Shown: positions 37,250-51,402, numbered from the whole stretch's first letter. The stretch: DNA of 63,458 bases, filler included, from Octopus bimaculoides (GCF_001194135.2; 10 parts of 10 records of this genome joined end to end with filler, not necessarily neighbours in it); one strand, 5' to 3'. Numbers and translations are program-made. The notes: generated from the sequence alone by a model not told the origin.

Positions 37250-40200
37250 ACTTCTTGAGTTGGCAGGTGGAACATCCCTGTGCGCAGTTAACTGGGTCTC
37301 TGGTTGGTCTACTTGTTCAGCGAGATGTTCTGATGAATTGTCGCGGCTGTACTCAGGAATGTGTCTGGGTACGGTTGGTAAGATGGACAGTTTTGTTGGG
37401 GTAGCTACCTGAGGAAACCTGTTTTTCTCACTTCTATTGCGAAGATAGCTTCTGTTTCGACCAAGTAGTCCTGAATCTGCCTCGACAAGTACTGACCTTG
37501 GTGATAAAGTTTTCACCCATTTTGGCTGGACTGGTTTTCGGTGTCTTCACCCAAACTGGCTGTCCTTCAGTAAAAGATGCACGCTGTCTAGCTCGATGAC
37601 GTTTGTCGAAATTTTTGTTTCAATTTGAGCTGAGAGTCTGCATTTTTGTTTTGCTCAACATTTTCTTGGCAAGATACATTTTTATAAGAAAGTGTTGGAA
37701 TGCGAGTCCTGAGTTTCCTATTCATCAACAAATCTGCAAGACAATTGCCATGTTATAGTGGTGTATTGCGATAATTAAGCAGTGCGATAAATGGATCACT
37801 TGCTTTTTTAAGGTTTTTAACTGTCTGAACCGCATGTTCAGCTTGTCCGTTTCCTTATGGTGTTAAAAACCAAAAACATTTGAAAAATCCCAGAACCCCT
37901 TCAATACAAATTGAGGACCATTATCGGAAATGACAACCTCCAGTATACCATATCCAGCAAATATTGATTTTTAGTTGTCAACGATACTGCCTGATGTTGT
38001 CTGTAGATGAGATATATTTATCAACCTAGAATAGTCAATGACTAATAGATATCTGTGTCCTTTCAATTCGAACAAGTCCATTCCTACCTTCTGCCAAGGA
38101 TAATCAGGTAACTTCGTAGGTCGTAGTCGTTCTGGTGGATATTGCTTTTCTTTTTCACAGATACTACACACTTCTATCTTCTCAGCAATTTGATCGGAAA
38201 AACCTGACCACCAAACACTGTCCCTCGCCAGTGCTCGGCATTTGACGATACCTTGGTGTCCTTCGTGTAGACGATCCAAAATATCTTTTTGGAGGTCTCG
38301 GGGATGATGAGTCGGCTCTGATACAGTAATATTCCCTGATAAACTGTTAGGTACTGCCGTTTGTCACTCACGGAGATATTCTCTATGATAGAACGGACGA
38401 ACATGTCTGTCTCTGTCTCCTGCTAGAACTCTTGTTTCATTGGTACGCTGCCAAGAGCCCTGGGTAGGGTGTCTGCTGTAATGAGGCTTTTTACTGCGGT
38501 GTGTGTAATCTCGTAGGTGAATCTCTTTAGGCGCATGTGGAAACGCTGGATTCTTAGAGTCAACTCATCGAGACGTTTAGTCGTTAGCAGTGGTAGTAGA
38601 GGCTTATGATCTGTTTCTATCAAGAACTTTATTAGTCCTATTAAGAAGTCAGCAAACGTCTCACAACATCACGTGATCGCTAATGCTTCCTTCTTAATTT
38701 GTGAATATCTCTGCTCTGTCTCAGTGAGAGATCTCGATGCATAGAATACAAGTCTCCAGCCATTTCCTTCCTTTTGAAGAAGCACTTCACCCAAGCCATA
38801 AGACGATGCATCTTCTGAGCTCAGTTTTTCCTTCAGAGTCCGAAACGCTGTTTCTCGAGGCTTGTCCCATATCCAAGTAGATCCCGGAGTGGTTTGGTCG
38901 TCTTTGCTAAATTCTCAACGATTTTGCCAACATGATTTGCCATACCGAGCAACCTTCTTAACTCAGACAATTTTTGCGGTTTGGTAAGTTCCTTTATTGT
39001 TTTTACTTTCTCAGGATCTACTCGGATTCCTTCTTTGGATATTATATGACCCAGAAATTTCCCCTCACAAGCAGAGAATAAACGATTTTTAATTAGTGTT
39101 ACCCCTGCTGCTTTCATTCTTTATAGTACATTTTGTACCCTCTGGTCGTGTTCTTGATGTGCTTTTCCACTGACCAGGACATCATCTATGTCACAAATAA
39201 TCACTGGTATTCCTGACACTACGTGTGACATTTCTCTGGAAAATTTCTGGTCCGGAGCTTATTCCGAAAGGTAACCTTAAATAACAGAATCGTCCATATA
39301 GTGAAATGAAAGAGGTAAGTTCCTATGAATCTTCATGCAGAACTATTTGGTGGAAACCAATGTTACGGTCAAGTTTCATGAACACTATGGCACCTTCAAG
39401 TTCAGCAAGAAATTGATCAGTTGAAGGAAGTGGACATTTTTTCCCTTTTCACACTTTCGTTTAATTTAGAGTAGTCGATACAAAGTCTTACTCTTTCATC
39501 TTTCTTCGGGACCACTACAATGGGAGCACACCAGTCAATCGGAGACTTCACTAGACGGATAATTTTCTCTTTTTCCAATCGCTTTAACTCTTGCCGGACT
39601 TTCTTCTTCATGGGAAGTGGTAGTCATCTGGGGGCGGCGATTGAGAAAGGTTGAGATGTTTCATCCAAGTGAATTTTGTATACATGTCTCAATTTCCCTA
39701 GGCCTGTAAACACACTGGAGAAGTCTTTTTGTATTGGAGACCTTCACTGTTTATCATATTGATTTTATTCAATAAATTGAGAGCTTTGATTGCTTGTCCA
39801 GTTAAGTCTTGAACAATGTACAGTTCCTGTTGTGACGTTGCTTTCCCATAACTCAATGTGGCATCTATGCGTCCAAGTACTTTTATTTTGTGTTGACCTG
39901 GTCCTTATAATCTTTTGTTTGTAGGTTTTATTATTGGAGAATTCTTCTTGGAGGTACTACTGTCACGTCCGTGCCTGTATCCAGTCTAAATTCGACAATT
40001 ACGCTGCAGACTTTGGTAGTGACTTCTATTTTTGCTTGCCATTCTATCTTATTGCCTTCACAAACTGCATTTTTATATTTTCCAAAGAAGCATAACCTAA
40101 GAAATTATGTTCTTCCTCTTCAACTCCCCTAATTCTTGGAAAATTCTTGCAAACAGTCGCGTAGTGTCCTATTTTCGAACACCATCTGCATCTTGTTGCT

Positions 40201-40680
40201 GGGGCGGGGCAGTCATCTCTATTGTAAAATGTGAACATTCCACACCGCTTTCTCTCAAGAATCTTCTGTTTATGTTGATACCCTTTTAAATTATTTGGTC
40301 TTGTGAAATGGGTTTTTTGCAAGTTGGCGCAAGACAGCTATGTAGGTCTCTATGTTCTCGAAATTCTCTTGTTTCCGAAGGTGGAATTGATAAGACTCAT
40401 AATCTTAAAATTCCTACGAATTTGTTAATCACTTCAGATATGTCATTTTCTAATCTTCATCGTCAAATTGTAGTCCTTCATATGTATCAAAACATTCTTC
40501 TCCAATATTCGCCAGAAATACAGAAGTTTGATATCCAGTATCGACTTCATTTGAGAGTAGACTGGCAATTGAATAATTCAAATTGTTTCGTTTAAATCTT
40601 CTCCAATTGCTAGCCACCTTTCCTGATAAAGACTTACTGGATAATATGACTCCCAAAATGCTAGTGGGCTCTCCACCATC
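37250..40680 (-). mobile_element. Ty3/Gypsy LTR retrotransposon internal region (gag-PR-RT-RNaseH-IN), decayed
   Basis: Gag start 40656; CCHC knuckle CRWCSKIGHYATVC; protease FRLDTG (about 39975); RT WCAPIVVVPKKD..LCIDY and CDIDDVL; RNase H DASSYGLG; integrase LHEGHQG..CSIC..PWQKVGMDLF. Many frameshifts; no LTR pair was recognised. Confidence 0.93.
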
Positions 40681-41164
40681 TCACTAGCGCAATCCAGTCA
40701 AAGAAGTGGTTTCCTTCTCGTTGCTCTGCCACAGTAGCCTAGTTTGTGGCGATACCTGATCACTGTTCTGGGACTGATATCAATGTGTTCTACTATGTCA
40801 GATGCCTTGCAACGAGGACTATCCTCCACACTTCTCTTAACGAAGAGAAAGGTCCTGTCAGAGAGTCGTGGACAACCCAGGCGAGATGATGTGGATTCCT
40901 TCGCCTCTCTAGTGAATTGTACAATTACTCTATTAATTGTAAATTATGCCCACCTTCAGATTGACCTTTTTGATATGGCCTTTTTGAAATTTAGATAATT
41001 CCAAGGTTTTTTTGTACATGGCATGATTAAACAATCACATATAGAACCTGAATCATAAGAATCTCAGTTAATAAAAACATAAACCTTTACAAGTTAGAAT
41101 AAGCATAAAACGATGTTTTATACCGTGTTTATTTACTTCTATTATATCTGTATATATATCTATC

Positions 41165-41226
<62 letters not shown>

Positions 41227-41370
41227 NNNNNNNNNNNNNNNNNNNNNNNNNNNNNNNNNNNNNNNNNNNNTTAATTAATTAANNNNNNNNNNNNNNNNNN
41301 NNNNNNNNNNNNNNNNNNNNNNNNNNCGTGTTGCCTGTTCTCTGTTGTTTCCTGGCATATATATATATAT

Positions 41371-41441
<71 letters not shown>

Positions 41442-41459
41442 TGCACATAGTAAATCCCC

Positions 41460-41625
41460 AAAAAGAACAAATACAAAAAACAACAACGCGAGGACGTGGT
41501 ACATGTAAAGTATTACCAGACGCTCAGAGAAGGAAATAAATATGGTTTAACGTTTCGAGCAATGCTCTTCTTCAGAAACAGAGGAAAGTCCATTAGAAAG
41601 GAGGAAGAAAATCGCCAACGATTTA
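41460..41625 (-). mobile_element. PLE terminal repeat carrying a hammerhead motif
   Basis: Non-coding repeat between microsatellites that contains the 41545-41579 motif. Confidence 0.6.
41545..41579 (-). ncRNA. Candidate minimal type I hammerhead ribozyme with intact core
   Basis: GUUU CUGAAGA A GAGC-AUU-GCUC GAA ACGU U AAAC: stems I and II are perfect, and stem III is the palindrome ACGU. Confidence 0.7.
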
Positions 41626-44037
41626 CACACACACACGCACACACACACACACACACACACATGCAGATATATATATATATATANNNNNNNNNNNNNNNNN
41701 NNNNNNNNNNNNNNNNNNNNNNNNNNNNNNNNNNNNNNNNNNNNNNNNNNNNNNNNNNNNNNNNNNNNNNNNNNNNNNNNNNNNNNNNNNNNNNNNNNNN
41801 NNNNNNNNNNNNNNNNNNNNNNNNNNNNNNNNNNNNNNNNNNNNNNNNNNNNNNNNNNNNNNNNNNNNNNNNNNNNNNNNNNNNNNATATATACATGTAT
41901 ATGAATTGCAACCTCACTCGATAAAATGAAAATCAATAGAAAGATTAGTCTCACATTCCGGCATTTCATTTCAAACTAACTCAAAACGCTATGTTGTACA
42001 CTATGAAAATGTCCACTTTCCGTTTCCAATGCAACAATACATTTTTCAGTGCATGTCTAGTCTCAGAGCCGTACAACCTATATTTTTTTTGTATAATGTA
42101 TTTTCATTTTGTTTGTATGTTCACATTTATATGTTGTGTTTGTTTTTGTCACTATCCTCAAAATTTGCTCACTATTCCAAGAACCTTTTCTCGTGTTGTC
42201 GCCATGAATAATATTATCGTTAAAGGCGTGAAATTGTTATAATGTTTTGGACGATAACTGACGAGGAAGGAGCATGTCCATATTTCGTGTTTTAATTTTT
42301 CGTTGTTCCTTTGTCGTGCTTGTGTTTAATTTTTGAAACTTATTATTTAATCTAACGCCACACACCAATCTTATTTTTGACACACACACACATATATAAC
42401 TTCATAGTGCACAACACAGCGCTTTTGGTTAATCTGAAAGGAAAAGTGTACTGTTTTTCTTTAATAAACATACAATTTAAAACTGTGATAAGAAAAGATA
42501 ACGTTACACCACATGCTTAATCCCTCTCTATTCAGAACAAGTGATCTGACTAGTTTCTAGTTACTTTATACCTAAGGAGGAAGTGCAAAGTCTGTCAATG
42601 GAGAGATAAAAGTTTATAGCTATTGATGTGCAACTAAACTTGCCAGTCTGATTTGCATTACAGCGCATCCACTGACAACGTGGAAGAATCAATCAGTTAT
42701 AGAGAATTATAGAGTTTTTGAATATGAAATGTATCGTATATCTATTTTATTTAATGAATATGCACTTCTAACCAAATTGGTTACATAAACGACATTTTCT
42801 CTTCGTGAGCAGAACAAATGGAATCGATCCGTTCCAGTTTTCTTCGACATGATTTATAACACTAATAATGTCTCTGAAGAAATGCAATTGATTTTTTTGA
42901 TTTGTTTTGTTAGTTGATGTTATAAGAAAACAAAGAAGTAGATCCATGTCACTTTTTCTGGTCATGCAGGGATAAAATCTGTGGAGTTACAACATTGTTT
43001 GCAATTCGCAACGAGATATATAACTTACTGTCACTCACATACATCACCAATGTATTACTCTATTTTACATATCCTGATAACTTGTTGCTCATGGCACGTG
43101 ATGCATTCACTGGATTAACACAGTCTTGGCTTTCGGCGTCCATGTGACTTAATACCTAAATATAACGTGCAATTGTGATTCATACGGTTACGTAACACAT
43201 TCACGTTAATATGGACTTAACTTTTAGCACAATCATCATCATATAACCCAAGTACGCGGTCATCACGGAAAACTAAACAAATTCTAAGTGTGACCTCATA
43301 ACCATCTTCAGACTATCTTCAAACTGGCGGCAATTTGAGCCACAACCTCTCCATAAGAAGGAGCAAATTTTCAAACTCAGAACAGTCAGTCGAGACTGTT
43401 ATGGCGTAGCTTTACATCCCTTTATCTTGCACTACAATCGAAAATCATGAAATTGTAAAATCGATTAAGCTAATGCAAATAAATCACCTTAAAGACCCAA
43501 CGTACACTCTCAACTTCATTACTCTGTGTGTGTGTGGTGGGATATTTGGCAATATAACATACCGACGAATTCATAGCTATTTGTAAATGTGGTACATAAA
43601 AAGAAATCAACGGGTATCTTTTTACATGGACATTAATGTATGTTTTTCGCACACATAAAAAACGTATAGGTATGTTGCGTTCATAATAATGATATATCAT
43701 ATCAAATGGTTACTTACCCGAAAATCATCCTAAGGAGGCAACAAGAAGAGAAAATCAAAATAGAAAATGAGAAAATAGAATTAAAAAATCAAAATATTAA
43801 ATTCTTTTAAACAACAGAAAATGTCAGTTTAACTGGAGCTTTGTTCATTTCATCAGATTAATGTTCNNNNNNNNNNNNNNNNNNNNNNNNNNNNNNNNNN
43901 NNNNNNNNNNNNNNNNNNNNNNNNNNNNNNNNNNNNNNNNNCATACTCCTGATATCCAGCCATATTACAGCAGCAATTTCGCATTGTATAATCTACCAAA
44001 CCGACTTTCCATCTAACACAATAAATGGCCAGATAGG

Positions 44038-44078
<41 letters not shown>

Positions 44079-44953
44079 ATACACACACGCACACAAACAC
44101 ACACACACACACGCACACACACGCGCGCACACATAAACTCACTCAGTCACATACATACATACACACATACATACACACATATATACATACATACATACAT
44201 ACATACATACATACGTGTCTATAAGTGTGTTTGCAAGCGTATATATTTATGGTTTTCAGAGTAAACTTGTGTAGAGTTGCTTATTTCTACGTCAAAACTG
44301 TAACTTTGCAGTTCGACAAAGATTCACAAAATATCACCAGAATGAAATATATATTGAGATTGACTAAAGTCTTTCAAGGCAAGGCTGCTATCATGACAGC
44401 AGTCCAATGCTTTAAACCAATTTAAGAGTATAGAATGTTTGTATAAATGTAGGCACTAAGTTGTATGTGTTTAGAAAAGTTTCAGATTGTAGCTATGGGA
44501 TCCTCTTTTCCACGATGTAAACAGAAATTTGTCCGAAATTTATTCGTTTATTTACGTTCGATGTAAGTCAAAATAAGATTTAAAATTGATTCGTTTGTGT
44601 TTTATTAATATTTTTTTACTTAGTACAAAGGGTCCGTATTTCTAGGCAAAAAGAATCGGAGGGTGACACATTCAGGTATTCTCGACTGAAGAGACACTGC
44701 TTCGAGTGAAATTCCAAATTGCATCGCGTTCACATTTTCAATTCGGTGGAAATTTAGCGGATATTGTAGTGTTCCACAGGGAGTGCCATAATGTAAGGAT
44801 CTATATTAATTTATTTTAAAAAAGTCTCAAAAAATGAACACTACTAGTGTTTGTTTTATCGACCTAAAAGTCTACTACCAGCTAAGTGCTATGATTTGAA
44901 AGGAACTGTTTTCAATGTTGATACCAAAAATTTACAATATCATTAGCTCATTT

Positions 44954-45168
44954 AAGGAAGCGAGCTGACAGAATCGTTAGCACGCCGGACAAAACGCTTC
45001 GCGGCATTTCGTTCGTCTTCAATTTCCGAGTTAAAATCCCGTCGAAGTCGACTTTGCTTTTCATCCTTTCGGAGTCGATAAAATAAATATCCATTGAACA
45101 CTGGTGTCAATATAATCGATTTATCCCCTATCCCGAATTGGTAGGCCTTGAGTCAAAATTTGAAATCA
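44954..45168 (+). mobile_element. SINE family A, near full length
   Basis: gcgagctgacagaatcgttagcacgccgg..gtcgactttgcttttcatcctttcggagtcgataaaat. Confidence 0.8.
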
Positions 45169-45556
45169 GTTTTAGTTACTTTTTCAGTAAGTATGGTTTC
45201 TGAAGGAAATGATTTGCCGATGAAATCAGAACAAATTACTACTTAAAGAAAATTGTATTAGTTAGTGACTAATCACAGAACGATAATTTCTAATTTAGTA
45301 TTTTTAATTACATTATCTAATAAGTATCATTTACTTATCTGTCATTTAAGAAGTGGGAGGACTGAACACTGAAATAAATGACGACATACAATAAGATATA
45401 CTGAAATTTTATTTCTCTAAATGTAACTTCCTTTCAAATATTATCAGGTCGGCAAACTAGAATTCCGTATTTCTTTGCACTATGAACGTAATTTTCCTCG
45501 TTTTCCACTGACCTTCTGCAGTTATACTGTACATGAAACTATTTTTCAACAATAGC

Positions 45557-45629
<73 letters not shown>

Positions 45630-46386
45630 CCAATGCATGATTGGTAGTTTATACATCGACATCAAAATTATGCCAAAGAAGCTAAGACGGAACTTGAAAT
45701 CAGAGCGGAAGGTGCCAGAACAAATACTCTCTAACGACTCTACCAAATCGTTGCTTGAAATGCATCGAAAGAATGAATAAATTAGAATACATACCTGACA
45801 ATGCTGTTAACGGAAGCGTGGAAGGAAAAGAAAGAATATATACATATTCATCGAATGATATCATAGTAATTTAAATTAATTTATCATTTCATTCTTGCTT
45901 TAGTAATTATGATAGCCTTATATACAGTTTGGCCTAGGCGTCGAATCGCATCTACATCGTTAGACATATGGAAGAGAAATCTTAAGAAATTTAAAAATGG
46001 CTTCTAAGTGAGAATATTTGGGTCTCCATTACTTAGTTCAGGCCACGTGGATGCTTTGGTTGAACAATGCCAGCAGTTGATTCCATTATATGCTCCATAA
46101 CGTAGAGCAGACAGTTTGCTAGTATCAAGTCGTGGGATAGTTGGAGTGTCTTGGATTTTATGCTTGAGCGCGGTAACCATTTAGTGGTATCATTTAGCAA
46201 GGAAAGCATAAGTTTGCGTGAATCGATTAGCCAAAGTTTCCATGTGACATGAACAGGTCAATCGATGCCAAAATATTCTCATCATTCTAAGTTTCTGATT
46301 TGCTTCACTCCAACTCCGTATATTTGAGGATATCAGTGCATTCTGCATCAACGAAATTTTAAGTAATATGGAGCTGTGTATGGAGG

Positions 46387-46443
<57 letters not shown>

Positions 46444-47063
46444 ATTATGTTTATAAAGTAGTTATTACATTTCACAACATATAACCAACCTTATTATTAA
46501 GAGCTTATCACAAGTATATAAACATAAATTTGTCAGAAATAGCGAAAGTTACAAACTTCATAATTCCAACTGTTACATGGGCCAAACAAGTGCAACATTC
46601 TCTTGTAGGCTTATAATGCCTTTAAAACAAGGTACAACCGCAACACACTACACTAGACACAATAAAATAAAGTTTGATAGGAAAACGAGCAGAAAATACA
46701 TCCATACTGTTTAGAATTGCCCAAAGAAAAAGATCATTAATTATGGATGGACGAGGCTGCAAGGAACATAAGCATATCACAAATGTATATAGTTAGAAAT
46801 ATCAAACAATACAGACAATATATATATATATATATAACTGAAGAGTTGGTTCATAAATTATATAAACTTTTTTTGAGATAAAACATCGAAACTTACCCAA
46901 GTTGGTTCACGTTGTTCGGCTATTTTCTTCGCAAAACACGTGGAAAATGGCGTAATTAAATATTATATGAACCGACTAGCAATTACCCTATTAGCAGTGC
47001 TCCAATTGGTTCCAGTTGCTGGTTGACAGACACTTACATAGGTGTGAGTGCGTGCGTATATCT

Positions 47064-47152
<89 letters not shown>

Positions 47153-47227
47153 TACATGCGTGTTTGAGTAAGTGTATAAACTGGTCCAACATACGACAAT
47201 CGTTCGCTGATATATATACATACAAAT

Positions 47228-47263
<36 letters not shown>

Positions 47264-47578
47264 GTATACATATATATATGGTGGTTGTCTATTTCTTATG
47301 CAGAGTCTGAACACCTCTTGTATTTACACCTTAGATCCATCATGGCGTCTGATGTGACTTTTTAAACCAGACAATGTATTGAGAAAACACCCAAGTAGAT
47401 TGCATATTTGATTTGGGCCACCAAAAGCTGCAGTTAAGTTTTGATCTTTGTGGATCTTAAAATGATTTGCAGACCTTATGACATAAACAACATTCAAAGG
47501 TGTTCACATATATATAGGCAGAGTAGTTGGTAGAGGTTCGTTTATATATATATATATATATATACATACATACATATA

Positions 47579-47624
<46 letters not shown>

Positions 47625-47924
47625 TATGTATATACGTACATACATATATATAAGTACATTTATATGCACACTCATATATATATATATATATGCACAGATA
47701 TGTATATACGTATATACATATATATATACATACATACATTTATATGCATACATACATGTGCATATATATATTTATACATGTACATATATATTCATATACA
47801 TATGTATACATATACACATATACATATATATACATATACATAAATATATAGATATACACACATATATATATGCATATACATATACACATATATAAATATA
47901 TATATACATATACATATATATATA

Positions 47925-48101
47925 TGGGAGATTATACAAAAAATAACAACAGACGAGGACAGGTGGTGTAAATAACAAAAGTATATATTAGTATGACGCT
48001 CGGGAATACGGAAAGTCTTTGACGTTTCGAGCTACGCTCTTCAACAGAAAGAATACGGAGACAAGGAGAAAAACACGGAGAAAAAAAATTGAATAGTGTT
48101 C
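47925..48101 (-). mobile_element. PLE terminal repeat with variant hammerhead (48016-48052)
   Basis: UCUUU CUGUUGA A GAGC-GUA-GCUC GAA ACGU C AAAGA; core A6 is replaced by U. Confidence 0.65.
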
Positions 48102-48439
48102 NNNNNNNNNNNNNNNNNNNNNNNNNNNNNNNNNNNNNNNNNNNNTTAATTAATTAANNNNNNNNNNNNNNNNNNNNNNNNNNNNNNNNNNNNNNNNNNN
48201 NTGTTAGACATGTAATTCGTCTGACGTTCCGTGTGTCATGTGGTTCGTCTGAGTTCATTGTTTCATTGTTGTTGTCTTGTGGGACTGTCGTAGTAAAATG
48301 TCATTGATATATATATGGCGGACATGACTTTTGTTTATTCATAACGAACATTGGGTGAGTGCGTTCTTTGTATGTAATTGAACAATAAATGTAATAATTA
48401 AATTGTATAACTCGTTATGTTATCTCTGCGTGTCAGTCC

Positions 48440-50809
48440 GAGGGAAACATAACACTACGGAAACAACTAAAGATTGCCTCTGATACTGAGCGGCAAGGCC
48501 TGCATGAACTCTGGCAAGACTTGAAAGAAACAGTGAGGAAAAAGAAGAGTAAGCGGCAAAAGATGCATGACCGCTTCTTCAAAAGCCTCTTCCAATTCGC
48601 TAGGGCGCTTTTTGAGCAGCCAAAGTCTGGAACAGTGACTGTTGATAAAGACATGCTTGAACAGTACCTCAAAGAAACATACTCACAGCCCCAGAAAGAC
48701 ATCCCGCTTAACATTGCAGGCCTAGTTGAATCTGGTAGACCAACAAGAGCAGTCAACGACAAGCCACCCACGTTGAAGGAGATGAGGAAGGTGTTCGAGA
48801 ATGCCAGAGCCAAGTCCGCACTGGGGCCAAACAGAATATCGTACCTTCTGTACAAGAAATGCCCCAAAGTCCTGGCATGGCTCCACATAATGTTAAGGTC
48901 AGTCTGGAGGAACAAGAAGGTCAGTGCCCAATAGATGATGGCTGACGGTGTCTACATCCCCAAAGAACAGAACTCAAGCACTATCAACCAGTTCAGACCC
49001 ATCTCACTTCTGAACGTCGAAGGAAAGATATTCTTCTCTGTCATGGCTGCCAGACTGACCAGCTACCTGCTGGAAAACAACTATCTGGATGTGTCTGTCC
49101 ANNNNNNNNNNGGCAGGAAGGAAAGACCTTGACGTCATATAGCTTGACCTTGCCACACGAGATGATCCAGATGTCTTTCCAAGCATACCACGTGCCGCCC
49201 AACATCCGAGAAATGTTGAAAAGCTACTTCAATGGATTCTTGATGCGGTTCTCAACAAAGGAGTACACAACCAGCTGGATAGACCTGGACGTCGGCATCG
49301 CCATGGGATGTGCCACCTTCCCTACCCTGTTCGTGCTGGCAATGGAAGTCCTACTGAGGGAAGCTTCTGGCAGTGCGAAACCAGTAGACCTCGGCAATGG
49401 CTACCAGACACCTCCTCTGAAAGCCTTCATGGACAACACCACCATCATCTCAACAAATGAGAATAACACCCGCGAAATCCTGGAGAGACTAGACGAGGTG
49501 GTCGCTGCGATCAGGATGCTGTTCAAACTAAAGAAGTCCAGAAGCCTATCCCTGTGCAAGGGAAAAGAGGATGAGTCAGTGACCTTCAGCGTTGCGGACC
49601 ATAGCATCCCAACAGTTTCCGAGGAACCAGTCAAAAGCCTGGGAAGATGGTATGAGGCCCCCCTGAAAGACTCACACCGAGGAAAAGAGACCATTAAAAT
49701 GACTGAGGAAGGCCTCGAGACCATTGACTCGTGCGGCCTTCCTGGCAAATTACAAGGTCTGGTACCTGCAGTTTATGCTCATCCCCTCCTGTCCGCTCTG
49801 CAACGGAAGACAGACAGTTGAGCACGTTCTCAGCTCTTACAAAGCAGCCCTCATTCAAGGGAGATACACTTGGAGGCACAACCAAGTGCTGAAAGAGCTT
49901 GCTGAAGTGGTCCAATTCAATACGACCAAGAGCAAAGGACGACGCACAGAACCCGAGACTTGGTTTCATGCGGCAGGAGGCAAGAAAACTTGGCCAACTA
50001 CAAACATCTCACGCAGATCCTGCAGACAAGGCCTGCTGAATGAAGCAGATGATTGGGAGTGCGCTGGCTGCAGAGTGGAACGACTACCCAGAGGTCACCA
50101 AGAAGACCGTTTCTCGAGACCCGACATAGTGCTCCACTCGCAGAATGCCAAGGAGATCCTCCTGATCGAACTCACTGTGCCTTACGAAACTAAGAGTGAA
50201 GATGCCCATGTCTACAAGACAGAAAAGTACGCCGACTTGGTCAGAGACCTGAGAGACGCTGGATTCAAAACCAAAGTCTCCGCAGTCGAGGTTGGCGCCA
50301 GGGGATTTGTAGGCTCATCTGCCTACAGCCGCATGAAACAGCTGTCCATCCCTGGAAGAAGCAGGACTAGAACCTTGAGGGCCATGGGAGAAGCAGCGGA
50401 GAAGGCCCCAAGTTGGATCTGGTCCATGAGGAACAAAGGCCAACTTCATAAGGCTTAATTTGCACCAATTCAAACGAGTGGGCCTGCGCCTCTGGAGCCG
50501 GCGATCCGGGTTCGAAGCCCGCTGGGACCATGAGAAAAAAGAACCGTCACACCTGGGTCGTCCGAGCACTCGCCAGTGTACCCAGCTGGAAGCGGTTATT
50601 TAGCCCTTCTCAGGGTCATATCACACGTCACAGCAGTGCTAGAAACCAATCCCCACAATAAGGCGTACTAAAACGGACAACAGGTGGACATCCGGGAATG
50701 GCCCGACCCCACTAGAGTGTCAGGAGTTAAAGGCCGAAACACTTGCCTAAAGGCGGGGTTCTCCTCTGAGGACCACCTGCTGTTACACTCTCCCCGAGTT
50801 TCTTTCCAC
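48440..50809 (+). mobile_element. HERO-type RLE LINE, 5'-truncated and internally deleted
   Basis: PKEQNSSTINQFRPISLLNVEGKIFFSV; GIAMGC..FVLAME..AFMDN; CPLC..EHVLSS knuckle; RHNQVL; RPDIVL..IELTVP..KTEKY endonuclease; stop at 50458 and a 350-bp 3' UTR. The clade call rests on recalled HERO motifs. Confidence 0.85.
50484..50530 (+). other. tRNA-Gln-like 3' half inside the LINE 3' UTR
   Basis: CTCTGGAGCCGGCGATCCGGGTTCGAAGCCCGCTGGGACCA resembles eukaryotic tRNA-Gln from anticodon loop to acceptor. No matching 5' acceptor strand. Confidence 0.5.
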
Positions 50810-50843
<34 letters not shown>

Positions 50844-50943
50844 NNNNNNNNNNNNNNNNNNNNNNNNNNNNNNNNNNNNNNNNNNNNTTAATTAATTAAN
50901 NNNNNNNNNNNNNNNNNNNNNNNNNNNNNNNNNNNNNNNNNNN

Positions 50944-50990
<47 letters not shown>

Positions 50991-51057
50991 GCATATACAC
51001 ACACATACATGTACATGCCTACATATATATATGTATATATACATGCATATTATATGG

Positions 51058-51402
51058 GTAAAGGACGTCAAAAGTACGTGAACAAAATGAAAAACGAGAA
51101 CATAAAAAACGAAAGTATGGGAAAACGAACTTTTTTTCGAACAACAAAAGAAACAAATAGAGAAACGAGACAGGCAACATAAAGAACATTCCCTTCATCA
51201 GTTGTCCCCTGTTTTATCTACTCTATGTTTCAAACGTAAGGACAAGACGCTTCTTCATTAAAATAGTCCTTCCCACAAAGCAAATTTTAAAAAATTGGGA
51301 ATTTGCGAAGGGTTAAAGTGGTGACAAAAACAGGACAGTGATAATAAAACTGTAAAAACAAATGGTAAGGGCTGTTAAGCCATAACGAGGTGAAGTGGTG
51401 AA
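51058..51402 (-). mobile_element. Truncated copy of the 8237-9290 element
   Basis: Contains the terminal repeat plus internal sequence up to gaagtggtgaac. Confidence 0.8.

Noticed and set aside
48202-48432. Possible solo LTR (starts TGTT, has AATAAA, ends CA)
   Set aside because: The start coincides with the gap edge, and no second copy or TSD is available.
50730-50780. CCGAAAC..CTGAGGA in the HERO 3' UTR as a hammerhead
   Set aside because: Stem III folds, but there is no stem I or stem II pairing. Retained only as hairpins.
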